Assembly (NCBI GenBank): GCA_047601445.1
Contig: JASGJH010000001.1
Span: 5,184,001 to 5,248,000, forward strand
Source: Myxococcales bacterium
GTDB taxonomy: Bacteria; Myxococcota_A; Polyangia; Polyangiales; DASUME01
Direction: 5' to 3'
Length of the DNA: 64,000 nt
Both the position numbers and the translations under genes were made by a program. The notes under the pieces are model-generated. The model was not told the DNA's origin and ran no database searches. It worked only from the letters and a program-made list of their open reading frames with translations. How positions within the stretch are numbered: the stretch's first letter is position 1; each line of letters opens with the position of its first letter. Of this stretch, positions 30,759 through 40,279 are shown piece by piece.

Positions 30759-31493
30759 GTGAGCAGTCGAGCTTTTGCGGCAGAAGCGATCCATGTGTTG
30801 ATGCACCAACGCGGGATTGCAGACGTGTCCAAAACTCATCTCCCCACAATCGAAGAGCTCATGGATCAGGCGAAGACCACGCGCATGGCAGCCCCAGGCG
30901 CGGCCACGCTCGAACGCCTGAGCGTGCACGACGCGGAGACCCGCATCGTGTCCATGACCGACACCATGCAGCTGAGCGAGCACGACCTGCACGAGACGGC
31001 CGTGCTTGCACTGCAACCCCGCAAGCCGCCGAGCGTGCCGCCGGCCGCACTGGCCTCTGCTCAATCTATCCCCTCGGCTCAGGGCCTGTCCCCGGACGTG
31101 ACGCAGCCCATGCCTGCCGGCGCGGTGCAAGATCTCTTGTCGGAGAGCTCGCCCGCCTGGAGCTACGGCGAAGTGGCGTTCCACACGCTTCACGCTGCAC
31201 CTCGCTCGAGCGACAAGCGGCGGGTCATGCTGGCGCTCACGAGCCTGCTCGCATGTCTCGTCGTGGGGCTCTGGGTATGGTCGCAGCACAAGGTCTCGGC
31301 CCAGCGTGAGGCGCGCGAACGCCGCGCGGCCGAGCTCTACGCGGCCGAGCGATTCGAGGATGCGCTCTCGCAATACCGACTCCTGGCCCACGAACATCCC
31401 GAGCTGGGCGTGTACGCGCAGACGGTGCGCATCCTGAGTGATCGCATCGGAGATCGCGGGCGCACGGCGGCTGCCGACGCTGCGTCACGGTAA
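30759..31493 (+). CDS. Hypothetical bitopic membrane protein (disordered N-terminus, one TM, TPR-like C-terminus)
   Basis: TM segment VMLALTSLLACLVVGLWVW; C-terminal AAELYAAERFEDALSQYRLLA..HP. Start uncertain. Confidence 0.6.
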   Translation: MSSRAFAAEAIHVLMHQRGIADVSKTHLPTIEELMDQAKTTRMAAPGAATLERLSVHDAETRIVSMTDTMQLSEHDLHETAVLALQPRKPPSVPPAALASAQSIPSAQGLSPDVTQPMPAGAVQDLLSESSPAWSYGEVAFHTLHAAPRSSDKRRVMLALTSLLACLVVGLWVWSQHKVSAQREARERRAAELYAAERFEDALSQYRLLAHEHPELGVYAQTVRILSDRIGDRGRTAAADAASR

Positions 31494-31639
31494 GGAGACG
31501 GGTCGGCTCGGACGCGGGGATTGCTCGTTTCGCGTCGTCGTCCAAACAGGTCACCCCTTCCCGATCTGGGCGCAAATCCAGCGCTGGGTTAGCCTGCGGC
31601 CGAGGACAGGTCTCCCAACCCGCCGTTCGATGAGCCCCC

Positions 31640-32482
31640 ATGCGTCACCACCGCGCCACGCTAGCCGTCATCATTCCCTTCACCGCGCTGGCCTTGGTTC
31701 TGGCCAGGCCCTCCAACAGCCTCGCCGAAGGCAAGGCTCGCGACCCCTACGAAGAGACCATCAGCATCGCGGTGGCCGAGTTCGAACACGGCAATTTCGC
31801 CGAGGCGCGTGAGCAATTTGCGAGAGCCCACGCCATGCAGCCCACCGCGCGTACCTTCCGGGCGCTCGGCCTGGTGAACTTCGAGCTGCGCAACTACGTG
31901 GAAGCAGCCACTATGCTCGAGCAGGCCCTGAGCTCCGCGGTAAAGCCCCTGAGCAGCCAGCACCGCTCTGAGACCGCCAAGCTCCTGGAGCGGACACGTA
32001 CCTATTTGGGGACAGTTCTACTGGACGTGGATCCGAGTACGGCCGACATCACGGTCGACGGTGCGAGCGTGCAGCTCGATGCATCGCGCACGCTGTTACT
32101 GGCCGTCGGGGAGCACTCCTTCGAGGTCACCGCGGAGGGACGACTTCCCGTGCGGCAGACCCTGAGCATCAAGGGCGGGCAAAGCGAGACCTTACACATC
32201 ACGCTCCAGCCCGTACCGGACCCGCACGCCGTGGCCGCCGCGGCGGACCCCGACCCCGCGCCCAGCCGGCCCGAGCACGGCTCTCCGCAGCGCGTGGACA
32301 CTCCGCTCTACAAAAAGTGGTGGCTCTGGACCGCAGCCGGCGTGGTGCTTGCCGCGGCGGCCACCACCACGGCGATCCTACTCACGCGCGACACGAGCAC
32401 CCACTTGGAACCCGCCCAGTCCCCGAACACACCACCCGGTGCAACCATCCAGACCCTGCAGCTCGCCGGAGGTCAGCCGTGA
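31640..32482 (+). CDS. Secreted TPR + PEGA domain protein with C-terminal hydrophobic anchor
   Basis: Signal peptide; AVAEFEHGNFAEAREQF..AH...PTARTFRALG (TPR); PSTADITVDG...GEH...TAEG (PEGA); PLYKKWWLWT. Confidence 0.88.
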   Translation: MRHHRATLAVIIPFTALALVLARPSNSLAEGKARDPYEETISIAVAEFEHGNFAEAREQFARAHAMQPTARTFRALGLVNFELRNYVEAATMLEQALSSAVKPLSSQHRSETAKLLERTRTYLGTVLLDVDPSTADITVDGASVQLDASRTLLLAVGEHSFEVTAEGRLPVRQTLSIKGGQSETLHITLQPVPDPHAVAAAADPDPAPSRPEHGSPQRVDTPLYKKWWLWTAAGVVLAAAATTTAILLTRDTSTHLEPAQSPNTPPGATIQTLQLAGGQP

Positions 32483-34803
32483 CGCGAGCACTCCCACGCC
32501 TCCTTTGGCTCGCCTTGCTGGCGCTGTTTTGTCTGAGCTGCACCGAGACGGACAGCGTCGTGGCCAAGACCCAGGTCACGCTGCGCATCTACAACGAAGA
32601 TCAGACCTTGCTCGGCGAGATGACGTCCGTGAGCATCACCTTCTCGCTGCACGAAGCCGAGTCCTGGCGCGCCTACCCCACGAAAGAGTTCGCGCTGGAA
32701 GGCCTCAAATGGCCGGTGGACATCCCGATCCTTGCGAGCAAGCCAGACGACGAGCAGCGAGAGTTCGAGGTGGTGGTGCGGGCCCTCAAGGGCGACACCG
32801 TGCTCACGGAGACCCGCGCCGTGACCCACTTCGTGCCCAACCAGCGCCTGCTGCTCGAAGCCTGGCTCTACCGCTGTCCCGGCCACGACGAACCCTTCGT
32901 GTGCGCGGACGCCGCGTGTCACGGCCCCGAGTGCCAGGTGTGTGGTCCGCGGGGCACCTGCACGGCCGTGGGATTCACCGATCCTTCGACGCTGCTCTCG
33001 TTCAACCCGGACCAGATCCCCGACACCAAGCCCGTGCCTGGCTGGGTGCTCGATCCGGATTCGGGTCCCGTAGGTGGGCTCGACTCGGGGCTCGATGGCT
33101 CGACTCCGTGTGCGGAAGACAGTCTGCGCTGCGTGCAAGGCAGCGACACGGAGCGCCAGATTTGTCACGCAGGCAGCTGGGTCGCGACCGACGCGTGCAC
33201 GGGAGGTCAGGTCTGTGACTCGGGCTCCAATCCGGCGGGCCAGTGCAGCGACATGCCCTGCTCCGGCGACTGTGGGCCCTGCACGGAAAACGCCATGCGT
33301 TGCGCCGGTGAGGCGAGTGCGGAGCGCGAAGTCTGTCAGGGTGGCAAGTTCGTCGCAGCACAGGCCTGTCCCGCGAACGAACTGTGCGACCACGCGGCGG
33401 CGACGCCGGGAGACTGCAGTCCCATCGTCGAAGGATGCGCGGGACAAACGCCGGGTTCGGCGGTCTGCCTGGGTTCCACCCGCATCGTGTGCGGGCGCGA
33501 TCTGGTCAGCATCAGCGGTACGCCCAAGAGCTGCAATGCGGCCGACTATTGTGCGCAGGGCAACGACGCCGACTGCGCCGTGTGCGTGAATGGTGAACAC
33601 GCCTGCGACGGAATGCAGCTCCAGATCTGCAACGATACCCACACGGGGTTCACCAGCGTCGGCAATCCGTGCACGGCCCAGGCTCCCTGCAACAAGGAGC
33701 TCGGCATGTGCACTTCCCTGATCTGCAAGGCCAACGAGTGGTCGTGCAACGGGGACACGCTGCGGCACTGCAACGCGCTCGGAACCGACTACGTTACCAG
33801 CGATACCAAGGCCTGCGGCTCGCACCTGTGCAACGCCAACGCCCAGCGCTGCAACGTATGTGAGCCCGGCAAGATTCGCTGCCTGGAGGAGGGTGGAAAG
33901 GGGCGCAAGCAGTGCAACGCGGACGGCCTCGGCGAGAGCGACTACATGGCCTGTGCCAACGCGTGCCTGCAGGGAAACTGCGTCGCGTGTGCCCCCAGCG
34001 GCACGCGCTGCGATCCCTCGAACTCCCTGCAGACACGCCAGACGTGCAGCCCGGGCGGCGCCTGGGGCAGCAACGAAGACTGCTTTGCCAAGGACAAGAC
34101 CTGCATCACCAGCAACAGCTCGAGTTCATGCGGCGGAAGTTGCGCAGCCGGCAGCCACGAGTGCAACTCCAGCGGCAACTCGGTGAAGTGCCAGAACGAC
34201 GGCACCCCGGACACGCCCATGACCTGCACGTGGCCGGGCTTCCTCTGCAACAAGAACACAGGCGTCTGCGACCAGAATGACGCCGACAACCTGGATCACG
34301 ACTCGGCCGCGGGCGGTACGGCCTATCCGCAGTCGGACAGCCTGAGCAATGGGCGCATCTTCGCGCAGCCGTTCCGCCCTGACGCGGAGGTCAAGCTCGA
34401 GGGCATGGGCATGCTGGTCCAAGCGGCTCCCGCCACCAATCAGGGCGTGATCTTTTCGATCTGGTCCGACAAGGTCGAGGGCAGCAACCACGTTCCTGAC
34501 GCGCTGATCACGAGCTCTGGAATCGCGACGGTCAACGGCGGGTCCTCGGCCCTCGGAACGCCCGACGCGAAGCCCGTGCTGCACAAGGACACCACCTACT
34601 GGGTGGCAGCCCAGTTCGGCGACCCGGGGATCAAGTTCTACCGCTACACGGCCACCACCAACGCGACGACTGGCATGGGCGCTTACACCTACGCGTCCAC
34701 GACCTTCGGCGTGCCTCCCAGCACGTTCCCTGCGGGCGGCACGTACCAAGTGTCGGCGGAGATCAGTGTGTTCGCTGTGGTGCGGAAGATCTGGGTTCCG
34801 TAA
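32479..34803 (+). CDS. Cys-rich repeat lipoprotein with C-terminal beta-sandwich domain
   Basis: GTG 32479 overlaps the PEGA gene stop (GTGA); lipobox CLSC; many Cys-rich repeats; terminal domain AQPF...LEGMG...WSD...PDAL...TTYWV. Confidence 0.85.
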   Translation: MTRALPRLLWLALLALFCLSCTETDSVVAKTQVTLRIYNEDQTLLGEMTSVSITFSLHEAESWRAYPTKEFALEGLKWPVDIPILASKPDDEQREFEVVVRALKGDTVLTETRAVTHFVPNQRLLLEAWLYRCPGHDEPFVCADAACHGPECQVCGPRGTCTAVGFTDPSTLLSFNPDQIPDTKPVPGWVLDPDSGPVGGLDSGLDGSTPCAEDSLRCVQGSDTERQICHAGSWVATDACTGGQVCDSGSNPAGQCSDMPCSGDCGPCTENAMRCAGEASAEREVCQGGKFVAAQACPANELCDHAAATPGDCSPIVEGCAGQTPGSAVCLGSTRIVCGRDLVSISGTPKSCNAADYCAQGNDADCAVCVNGEHACDGMQLQICNDTHTGFTSVGNPCTAQAPCNKELGMCTSLICKANEWSCNGDTLRHCNALGTDYVTSDTKACGSHLCNANAQRCNVCEPGKIRCLEEGGKGRKQCNADGLGESDYMACANACLQGNCVACAPSGTRCDPSNSLQTRQTCSPGGAWGSNEDCFAKDKTCITSNSSSSCGGSCAAGSHECNSSGNSVKCQNDGTPDTPMTCTWPGFLCNKNTGVCDQNDADNLDHDSAAGGTAYPQSDSLSNGRIFAQPFRPDAEVKLEGMGMLVQAAPATNQGVIFSIWSDKVEGSNHVPDALITSSGIATVNGGSSALGTPDAKPVLHKDTTYWVAAQFGDPGIKFYRYTATTNATTGMGAYTYASTTFGVPPSTFPAGGTYQVSAEISVFAVVRKIWVP

Positions 34804-34815
34804 GACGGACATCCT

Positions 34816-35033
34816 GCCATCTGCCAATCGGCCGGCGGCCAACTACCATCTGCCATCTGCCATCTGCGATCGGCCATCCGCCATCGGCCATCCGCCATCG
34901 GCCATCGGCTTAGCGGCCATCTGCCATCGGCTTGCGGCTAGGCGGCCATCCGCCATCCGCCATCCGCCATCTGCCATCGGCCATCCGCTATCGGCTTGCG
35001 GCTAGCGGCTAGCGGCAGGCGGGTTGCGGCTGT
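34816..35033. repeat. Degenerate tandem heptamer array (GCCATC[TCG] / GCT[AT]GCG), about 30 units
   Basis: Directly visible, e.g. gccatcc gccatcg gccatcc gccatcg gccatcg; intergenic between convergent genes. Confidence 0.9.
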
Positions 35034-35040
35034 TTGCAGC

Positions 35041-35088
35041 AAAATAGAAAGGGGCCTGACGAGCACCGTCAGCGGCCCCCCTCCGTTT
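35041..35088 (-). terminator. Intrinsic terminator-like hairpin
   Basis: GGGGCC-TGACG...CGTCA-GC-GGCCCC stem with an A-tract on the + strand (U-tract for the minus-strand gene ending at 35094). Confidence 0.6.
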
Positions 35089-35093
35089 CGATC

Positions 35094-37703
35094 TCAGAAC
35101 ACGTTCAGCAGCTGACCTGGCAAGCAGCCCCAGGAGTCGTTGCCATAGGCCGTGAACGACTGGGTTCCGCTGGTGATGGTGAACTCGGTCTTGAGCGTGG
35201 CGAAGCCGATGGACAGCGGGCAGCTCGCCGGCACGCCGACGCTGGCTCCGACGACCTGCATCGCGATGGTCTGCCCGATCAGAGGCAGGTTCACCGCCTG
35301 CATCGTCACGGCCGGATTGCCGAACAGCGTGGCCGCCTTGGAGAACGTGGCCAGCCCCGGCGTTGCCCCGGCGTTACGCGTGAGCGTGATGCCGGTGCCG
35401 ACGCCAGCCACCAAGTCCTTGCCGCCTTCGGAGAGGATCTTCTTCACCACCACGTTGGCCTTGCTCAGGTCGAGGTTGGCGGTGCGGGCGATGCCCGTGA
35501 TGGTGACGTTGCCGAGCCCGAGGGGCAGCGGCGTGGCCGTGCCCACGATCTGATAGAACGGGTCGGGCAGCGTGTCCTGCGTGGACAGCTTCACATGCAG
35601 ACGCGTGGAGCCTTCGCTTGGCACGGAGATCTTGTAGAAGTCGGGGCCCACGCGCGTGATGGGCTTGGTCTTGGCCGGCGTGGTGCCGCTGGCCGGGGCC
35701 GTCTCCTCTTCGATGTCACTGTTGTAACCGAAGAAGTCCCCTTCGTGCGTGAGGTACAGGCCGAAGGAAGGCATCGGGATGAGGATGGCCGTCTTCTTGC
35801 CGTTGATGGTCCGAACGCGACCGCTGTCGTAGTAGGGGTAGACCTCGTAGTTCGGGAAAGCGGAGCGCAGCTTTTGGCCGGGCGTCATCGAGGTCTTGGT
35901 GCGGTCGTAGCCGCCGGCTGCGGGCACCGCGCAAGGCTCGGCCTGAAGCGGGATGCACCAGTCGCCGAACAGCGCGCCACCAGGGAACAGCACCTCGCCC
36001 TCACCGCATAGACCGTCGTCGGTGAGCGGATTCAGGCAGGTGCCACCCGTTCCGATATCGACGCAGGCAGCACCCGAGACGCTGCAGCTCACGGCGGGGT
36101 TCGAGTAGAACGGGTCCGCCTGGTCGCGCAACGCGAGCAATCCGTTGACGTCCACACGGGTCGGCGTCCCGACATCGGTCAGTTGGCGCTTCACCACGTG
36201 CAAGTAGACCTCGCGCGTGGCCGGCGCATCGCCGAGGATAGCGTTCAAGCCCTTGACGGAGACCTCTGCGACCTCGTCGACCTCGGACATGGTCCTGTAG
36301 AACATGTTGCGGAAGGCGCTCGTGTTGGTGAATGGCACGGGTCGCAGCGAGTCGACGCTGTCCACCGAGACCTGCACGCACTGATGATTGACACCGACCT
36401 GGATATTCGGCGATTGGACCTTGCCGCAGATATTCCACTTCGACTTGTCGGCCGGATCGCCTCCGTCGTTCGGGCAATCCAACACCACAGTCGCGGGAGC
36501 CGCCACCGTGGTGTTAACCTTCGGGCTATTTGGCAGCTCGTTCCAACCGGCCTTCGTGGCCACCGCGCCCCAGTTCGCGATGCGGAAGGTGGTCTTGAAA
36601 GAGTTGGCGGGCACGACGGTGGTCCGAGACGCCGCCGCAATGGCCGAGTAATCGGGCGTGAAGGTCACGCGATTGTTCTTCGAAGGAATGACCCAAAACT
36701 TGTTCAGGTTCGTCGTATCCTCGGTGCCGTCGTCGTTCAGCGGAACGCCCTGGATGCCGGACTCGTCCACATTCATGCCCGAGCAGGCGCTATTGAGCGC
36801 CGCCGCGAGGGGCGTGAAGTTTTCGGGCGAGTAGGGGAACTCGCTCACCGAGGTGTTGGTGGGGTAGGAGCAACGCGCTCCTCCGTTGGTGCAATCCGCT
36901 GCATACACATTGGCGGTGCCATAGTCGGCGACCAGGTCCTTCGTGCTACCGTCGGGATTCGTGCCGATGCCCTTGAAGACGTGGGCTCCGACGAAGAAGC
37001 GGCCCCCGATGGTGCCAAAGTCCGTGGTGCTGCCGCCAGCCAAGTTCGCCACGTTCAGACGGATCTCGACGGTCCAGCTATTGTTGTTCGCCCAGTACGA
37101 AATCAAGCTGTTCGCATCGGTGACCCAGCTATCGAATGTCCACTTGTCGGCGGTGGCGATCGCCGCGTCGTATTTGTAGCTCTCGAAGTTGTCCGCCTTG
37201 ACGTGCGCCCCTCGCACCGTGTCGAGGATGACCTTGAGGCCCCAAGCATGCTTGCCGTCCGCGTCCGCCACGCCGAACACGACATAGTCTTTTCCATCGG
37301 AACCGTTCGCATCCGAGAAGTTCTGGATCTGAACGGCCACTTCGTGGCCGTCTGCGCTCGCCATCACGCGGTAGCCGACAGTGGCCTGATTCGGCGAACT
37401 GCCGGGAAAGCGAATGGGCGTCCAGGCGCCCCACCGCGGGTCGTCGATCGCGGCCCACGTCCGTGCCTTCCAATCCGAGTTGGCTTGATCTTCAGCGTCT
37501 GCAGCAGCCTCGGGCCAACGCGGCAGGCCATCGAGTCCGGGCAGTACGGGCGTGGTGGGGACGCCTGGCTTGTAGAAGCAGGTGGGCAGGCCCTGGTCGC
37601 TCTTGCTGTACGTGGGGGCCGCGAGCGCACCCGGCGCCAACACGGCCGCGCCGCATGTCGCCGCGCACGCCACCAGCGCGGCTCGCGAGATCTGTTTTCG
37701 CAT
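35094..37703 (-). CDS. Large secreted multi-beta-domain protein of unknown function
   Basis: GGAGG RBS; signal peptide MRKQISRAALVACAATCGAAVLAPGALA; beta-rich with a Cys-rich insertion. Confidence 0.75.
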   Translation of the reverse strand: MRKQISRAALVACAATCGAAVLAPGALAAPTYSKSDQGLPTCFYKPGVPTTPVLPGLDGLPRWPEAAADAEDQANSDWKARTWAAIDDPRWGAWTPIRFPGSSPNQATVGYRVMASADGHEVAVQIQNFSDANGSDGKDYVVFGVADADGKHAWGLKVILDTVRGAHVKADNFESYKYDAAIATADKWTFDSWVTDANSLISYWANNNSWTVEIRLNVANLAGGSTTDFGTIGGRFFVGAHVFKGIGTNPDGSTKDLVADYGTANVYAADCTNGGARCSYPTNTSVSEFPYSPENFTPLAAALNSACSGMNVDESGIQGVPLNDDGTEDTTNLNKFWVIPSKNNRVTFTPDYSAIAAASRTTVVPANSFKTTFRIANWGAVATKAGWNELPNSPKVNTTVAAPATVVLDCPNDGGDPADKSKWNICGKVQSPNIQVGVNHQCVQVSVDSVDSLRPVPFTNTSAFRNMFYRTMSEVDEVAEVSVKGLNAILGDAPATREVYLHVVKRQLTDVGTPTRVDVNGLLALRDQADPFYSNPAVSCSVSGAACVDIGTGGTCLNPLTDDGLCGEGEVLFPGGALFGDWCIPLQAEPCAVPAAGGYDRTKTSMTPGQKLRSAFPNYEVYPYYDSGRVRTINGKKTAILIPMPSFGLYLTHEGDFFGYNSDIEEETAPASGTTPAKTKPITRVGPDFYKISVPSEGSTRLHVKLSTQDTLPDPFYQIVGTATPLPLGLGNVTITGIARTANLDLSKANVVVKKILSEGGKDLVAGVGTGITLTRNAGATPGLATFSKAATLFGNPAVTMQAVNLPLIGQTIAMQVVGASVGVPASCPLSIGFATLKTEFTITSGTQSFTAYGNDSWGCLPGQLLNVF

Positions 37704-38000
37704 CGAGTTCCTCCTGAGTGCTTTGCTGACGCTGCGCTCCATTCGGCAGCGCACGGATGTTCGGCCCTTTCGAACCAAAACGAGCGTTCGTCGAGCGGAG
37801 CCTCGCCGGCAGAACGGAACCGACGCGCGAGTTGGGGACAGACTCCCAGGACCTTACTAACTTTATGAAAGCTTCGCCGCAACCGTCTGTTAGGGTGACA
37901 AAGCCGGCCAAAAAGTAAGACTTATCCCGAGGCGTCACCCCGCATGCAACACGCGATTGCAGCGATGACCTCTGTTTTGAACGGGGTGAGTGATTTTCTC

Positions 38001-39659
38001 TCAGGGAGCTACGGTCGCCACGAAGGCGTCGGTCTCACCCATGAACGCGTAGCCCGGGAAATTGCCCGTGGTCAATCCGCCGAGAAACACCGTGCCATCC
38101 GACGCGACCGCCATGGCGTAAAGCGATTCGTCCGCCGCGGTCCCCACCTGCTTGGTCGACATCACATCGCCATTTGCGCCGCGCAGCTGAACGAAGACGT
38201 CGGTGGCGTGACCGGTGACCCCCGCTGCGAGCGCGCCGTGTGTCTCCCCGGCGACGTAGAACGAGCCGTCCGACCGTACACTGAGCTCCATGGCAAGGTC
38301 CGACGGATCGACCCCGAACTGCTTGCCCCAAATCGCGTCGGCCGCACCCGTGAGCCGCGCCACGAAGATCGGCCCCGCTCCCGAGGTCGACTCCGCCTGT
38401 CCGACGCCGCAGACGAGCAGATCACCGTTCGGCAGCACCTCGATGTCACCGATGACCGGCGCGCTGTATTCGTGGGTCCAGAGCACCATGCCGGCCGTAT
38501 TGACCTTACTGACGAATGCCTTCCCGGTCCCATAGCGACCGGCCACGAACGCGTTGCCGTCGGCATCGAGGGCGAAGCGCGATGGCAGGTCGTCGTTGTC
38601 GTCGGTGCCCCACTCCTCGGACCAGCTGATGACGCCCTTACTATCGAGCTTGGTCAGCATCACGTTCATGGATTTCGTACCGGAGCCCAAATCGCTGTAG
38701 CTCTCGCTCAAAACCAGGACGGCGCCCTGAGAGTCCAGCTGAACGTCCTTGACCAGATCGATCGACGTCCCGCCCCACTGGGTGATCCAGGCCGAGGACT
38801 TGTCGGCGAGCCACTTGCTCGCCACGACGTCCGAGCTACCCGACAACTTCTGCCCGAGCACGCCTTCCGTGGATGCCGAGAAGAAGAGCTCTCCCGCGGA
38901 GTTCCTCGCAAGCGCACCGCTGGTGTCAGCCTTGTTGCCGCCCCAAATGCGGCTCCAGTTCGCGACATTACCCTTCGCGCGCACGTAGAGGTCAGCGCCG
39001 CCGCCGGGCCCAACCTCGCCGTCGAGGCCTCCACCCACGGTGCCGAACACGTAGATCTGCTCGCTGCTGGCTGCGACGATGCCGGTGACCCGGTCACCGC
39101 CAGTGGTTCCCCACTGCTCGACCGCAACACCGGAGGTCACGGCGCAGTGCTCTGTGTCAGCGCAGCCAGCGCTACCGCAGCTTACGGGCTGCCCCCACGA
39201 TCCACAGCCGTCCTGATCTGCCGAGCACACGTGCAGGCCGCTGGTATCGCATCGACTGCTGCCCAACAGACACTCACAGCACGCGCCTGTGGTCGGGTTG
39301 CAGGTCTTGCCCCCCGAACACTTGTTGGTCGACGGACACAGCGATTGGCCGCACGTTCCGTCCGAGCTCTGGTGCCAGCCCGCCGCGCATTCACCGCACT
39401 TCGCGCCGGCATAGCCCTCGTCGCACGCACAAGCCGCGTTCTTGCAGCTTCCGTGGCTCGAACAGTCGAGTGCACAGGCGTCGCCATCGCCGCCGCCGTC
39501 CTGGTCACCGTCTCCATCGCCGTCGCCGTCTCCATCCCCATCGCCCGGGTGATCGCCGTCACCTGCGTCCACTCTGGAACCGTCGGACGGATCATCTGGA
39601 TCACCGCAGGCAGCGGCCAGGAGAAGACTTGCACAGACGATGCAGCGCGTGCTGTTCAT
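38001..39659 (-). CDS. Lipoprotein with EGF-like domain and SBBP-type beta-propeller
   Basis: Lipobox AAAC; GD-repeat linker; CSSHGSC..C.CDEGYAG..C; QWG/QFG...D repeats (DSQG, DADGN). Confidence 0.85.
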   Translation of the reverse strand: MNSTRCIVCASLLLAAACGDPDDPSDGSRVDAGDGDHPGDGDGDGDGDGDGDQDGGGDGDACALDCSSHGSCKNAACACDEGYAGAKCGECAAGWHQSSDGTCGQSLCPSTNKCSGGKTCNPTTGACCECLLGSSRCDTSGLHVCSADQDGCGSWGQPVSCGSAGCADTEHCAVTSGVAVEQWGTTGGDRVTGIVAASSEQIYVFGTVGGGLDGEVGPGGGADLYVRAKGNVANWSRIWGGNKADTSGALARNSAGELFFSASTEGVLGQKLSGSSDVVASKWLADKSSAWITQWGGTSIDLVKDVQLDSQGAVLVLSESYSDLGSGTKSMNVMLTKLDSKGVISWSEEWGTDDNDDLPSRFALDADGNAFVAGRYGTGKAFVSKVNTAGMVLWTHEYSAPVIGDIEVLPNGDLLVCGVGQAESTSGAGPIFVARLTGAADAIWGKQFGVDPSDLAMELSVRSDGSFYVAGETHGALAAGVTGHATDVFVQLRGANGDVMSTKQVGTAADESLYAMAVASDGTVFLGGLTTGNFPGYAFMGETDAFVATVAP

Positions 39660-39705
39660 GGGCGGTCCCGTCGTAGGTAAGGAAACAGGCCTACTTGTAC
39701 CCTGC

Positions 39706-40269
39706 TCAGCCGGGCGTGCCCAGTTCCGAGAGATCGCGCAGCGCGTCCTGAAATTTCTCGCTCTGAATGCACTTGCCCATCGCGCGCCGAATGGCGTCCT
39801 GCGCCCTCTGCATGCGATCTCCGGCGGCCTTGAGGAGGCGCTCGTTGTTGGCAGCGAGCTCCGCGGCGCTGAGACCCTTCTGAGTTTGGGCCCAACGATT
39901 CAGGTCTCGTGCGTGGGCGTCGACCGAGCCGCCGAGGGCGGTACCGAGAACATCGCAGTCCTTTTGCTCGTCCGAGAGCGCGGTCGCGATCTCATCGTAC
40001 ATCTTGAGCACGCCCTCTTCCGACTCGCTGACCGCCGGCCCCCCATGCTTACTGGCCTCCACGGCCTTGGCGAGGGCAGCTTGCAAGCTGGCTTTTTGCG
40101 GCGCCGGGGTCGTCGCAGCGGCCTGGTCGGGCTTCGCGGTGCTCGCCGCTTCCGGCGTGCTCACGGCGGCCTGCCCCGGAGCGAGGTCGACCGGCTGTCG
40201 CGAGTTCGCGAAGAAGGCGACCGCGGCGACGGCGAGCAGGGTGCTGATGGCGACGACGACTTTACGCAT
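39706..40269 (-). CDS. Hypothetical small secreted helical protein
   Basis: GAGGAG RBS, ATG 40269, signal/anchor MRKVVVAISTLLAVAAVAFFA; two Cys. Confidence 0.7.
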   Translation of the reverse strand: MRKVVVAISTLLAVAAVAFFANSRQPVDLAPGQAAVSTPEAASTAKPDQAAATTPAPQKASLQAALAKAVEASKHGGPAVSESEEGVLKMYDEIATALSDEQKDCDVLGTALGGSVDAHARDLNRWAQTQKGLSAAELAANNERLLKAAGDRMQRAQDAIRRAMGKCIQSEKFQDALRDLSELGTPG

Positions 40270-40279
40270 GGTTCTCTCC

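Noticed and set aside
34816..35033. CRISPR array or coding repeat (MADGRW.../SAIGHP... ORFs)
   Set aside because: 7-bp period without spacers and no cas genes; the ORFs are by-products of the repeat.
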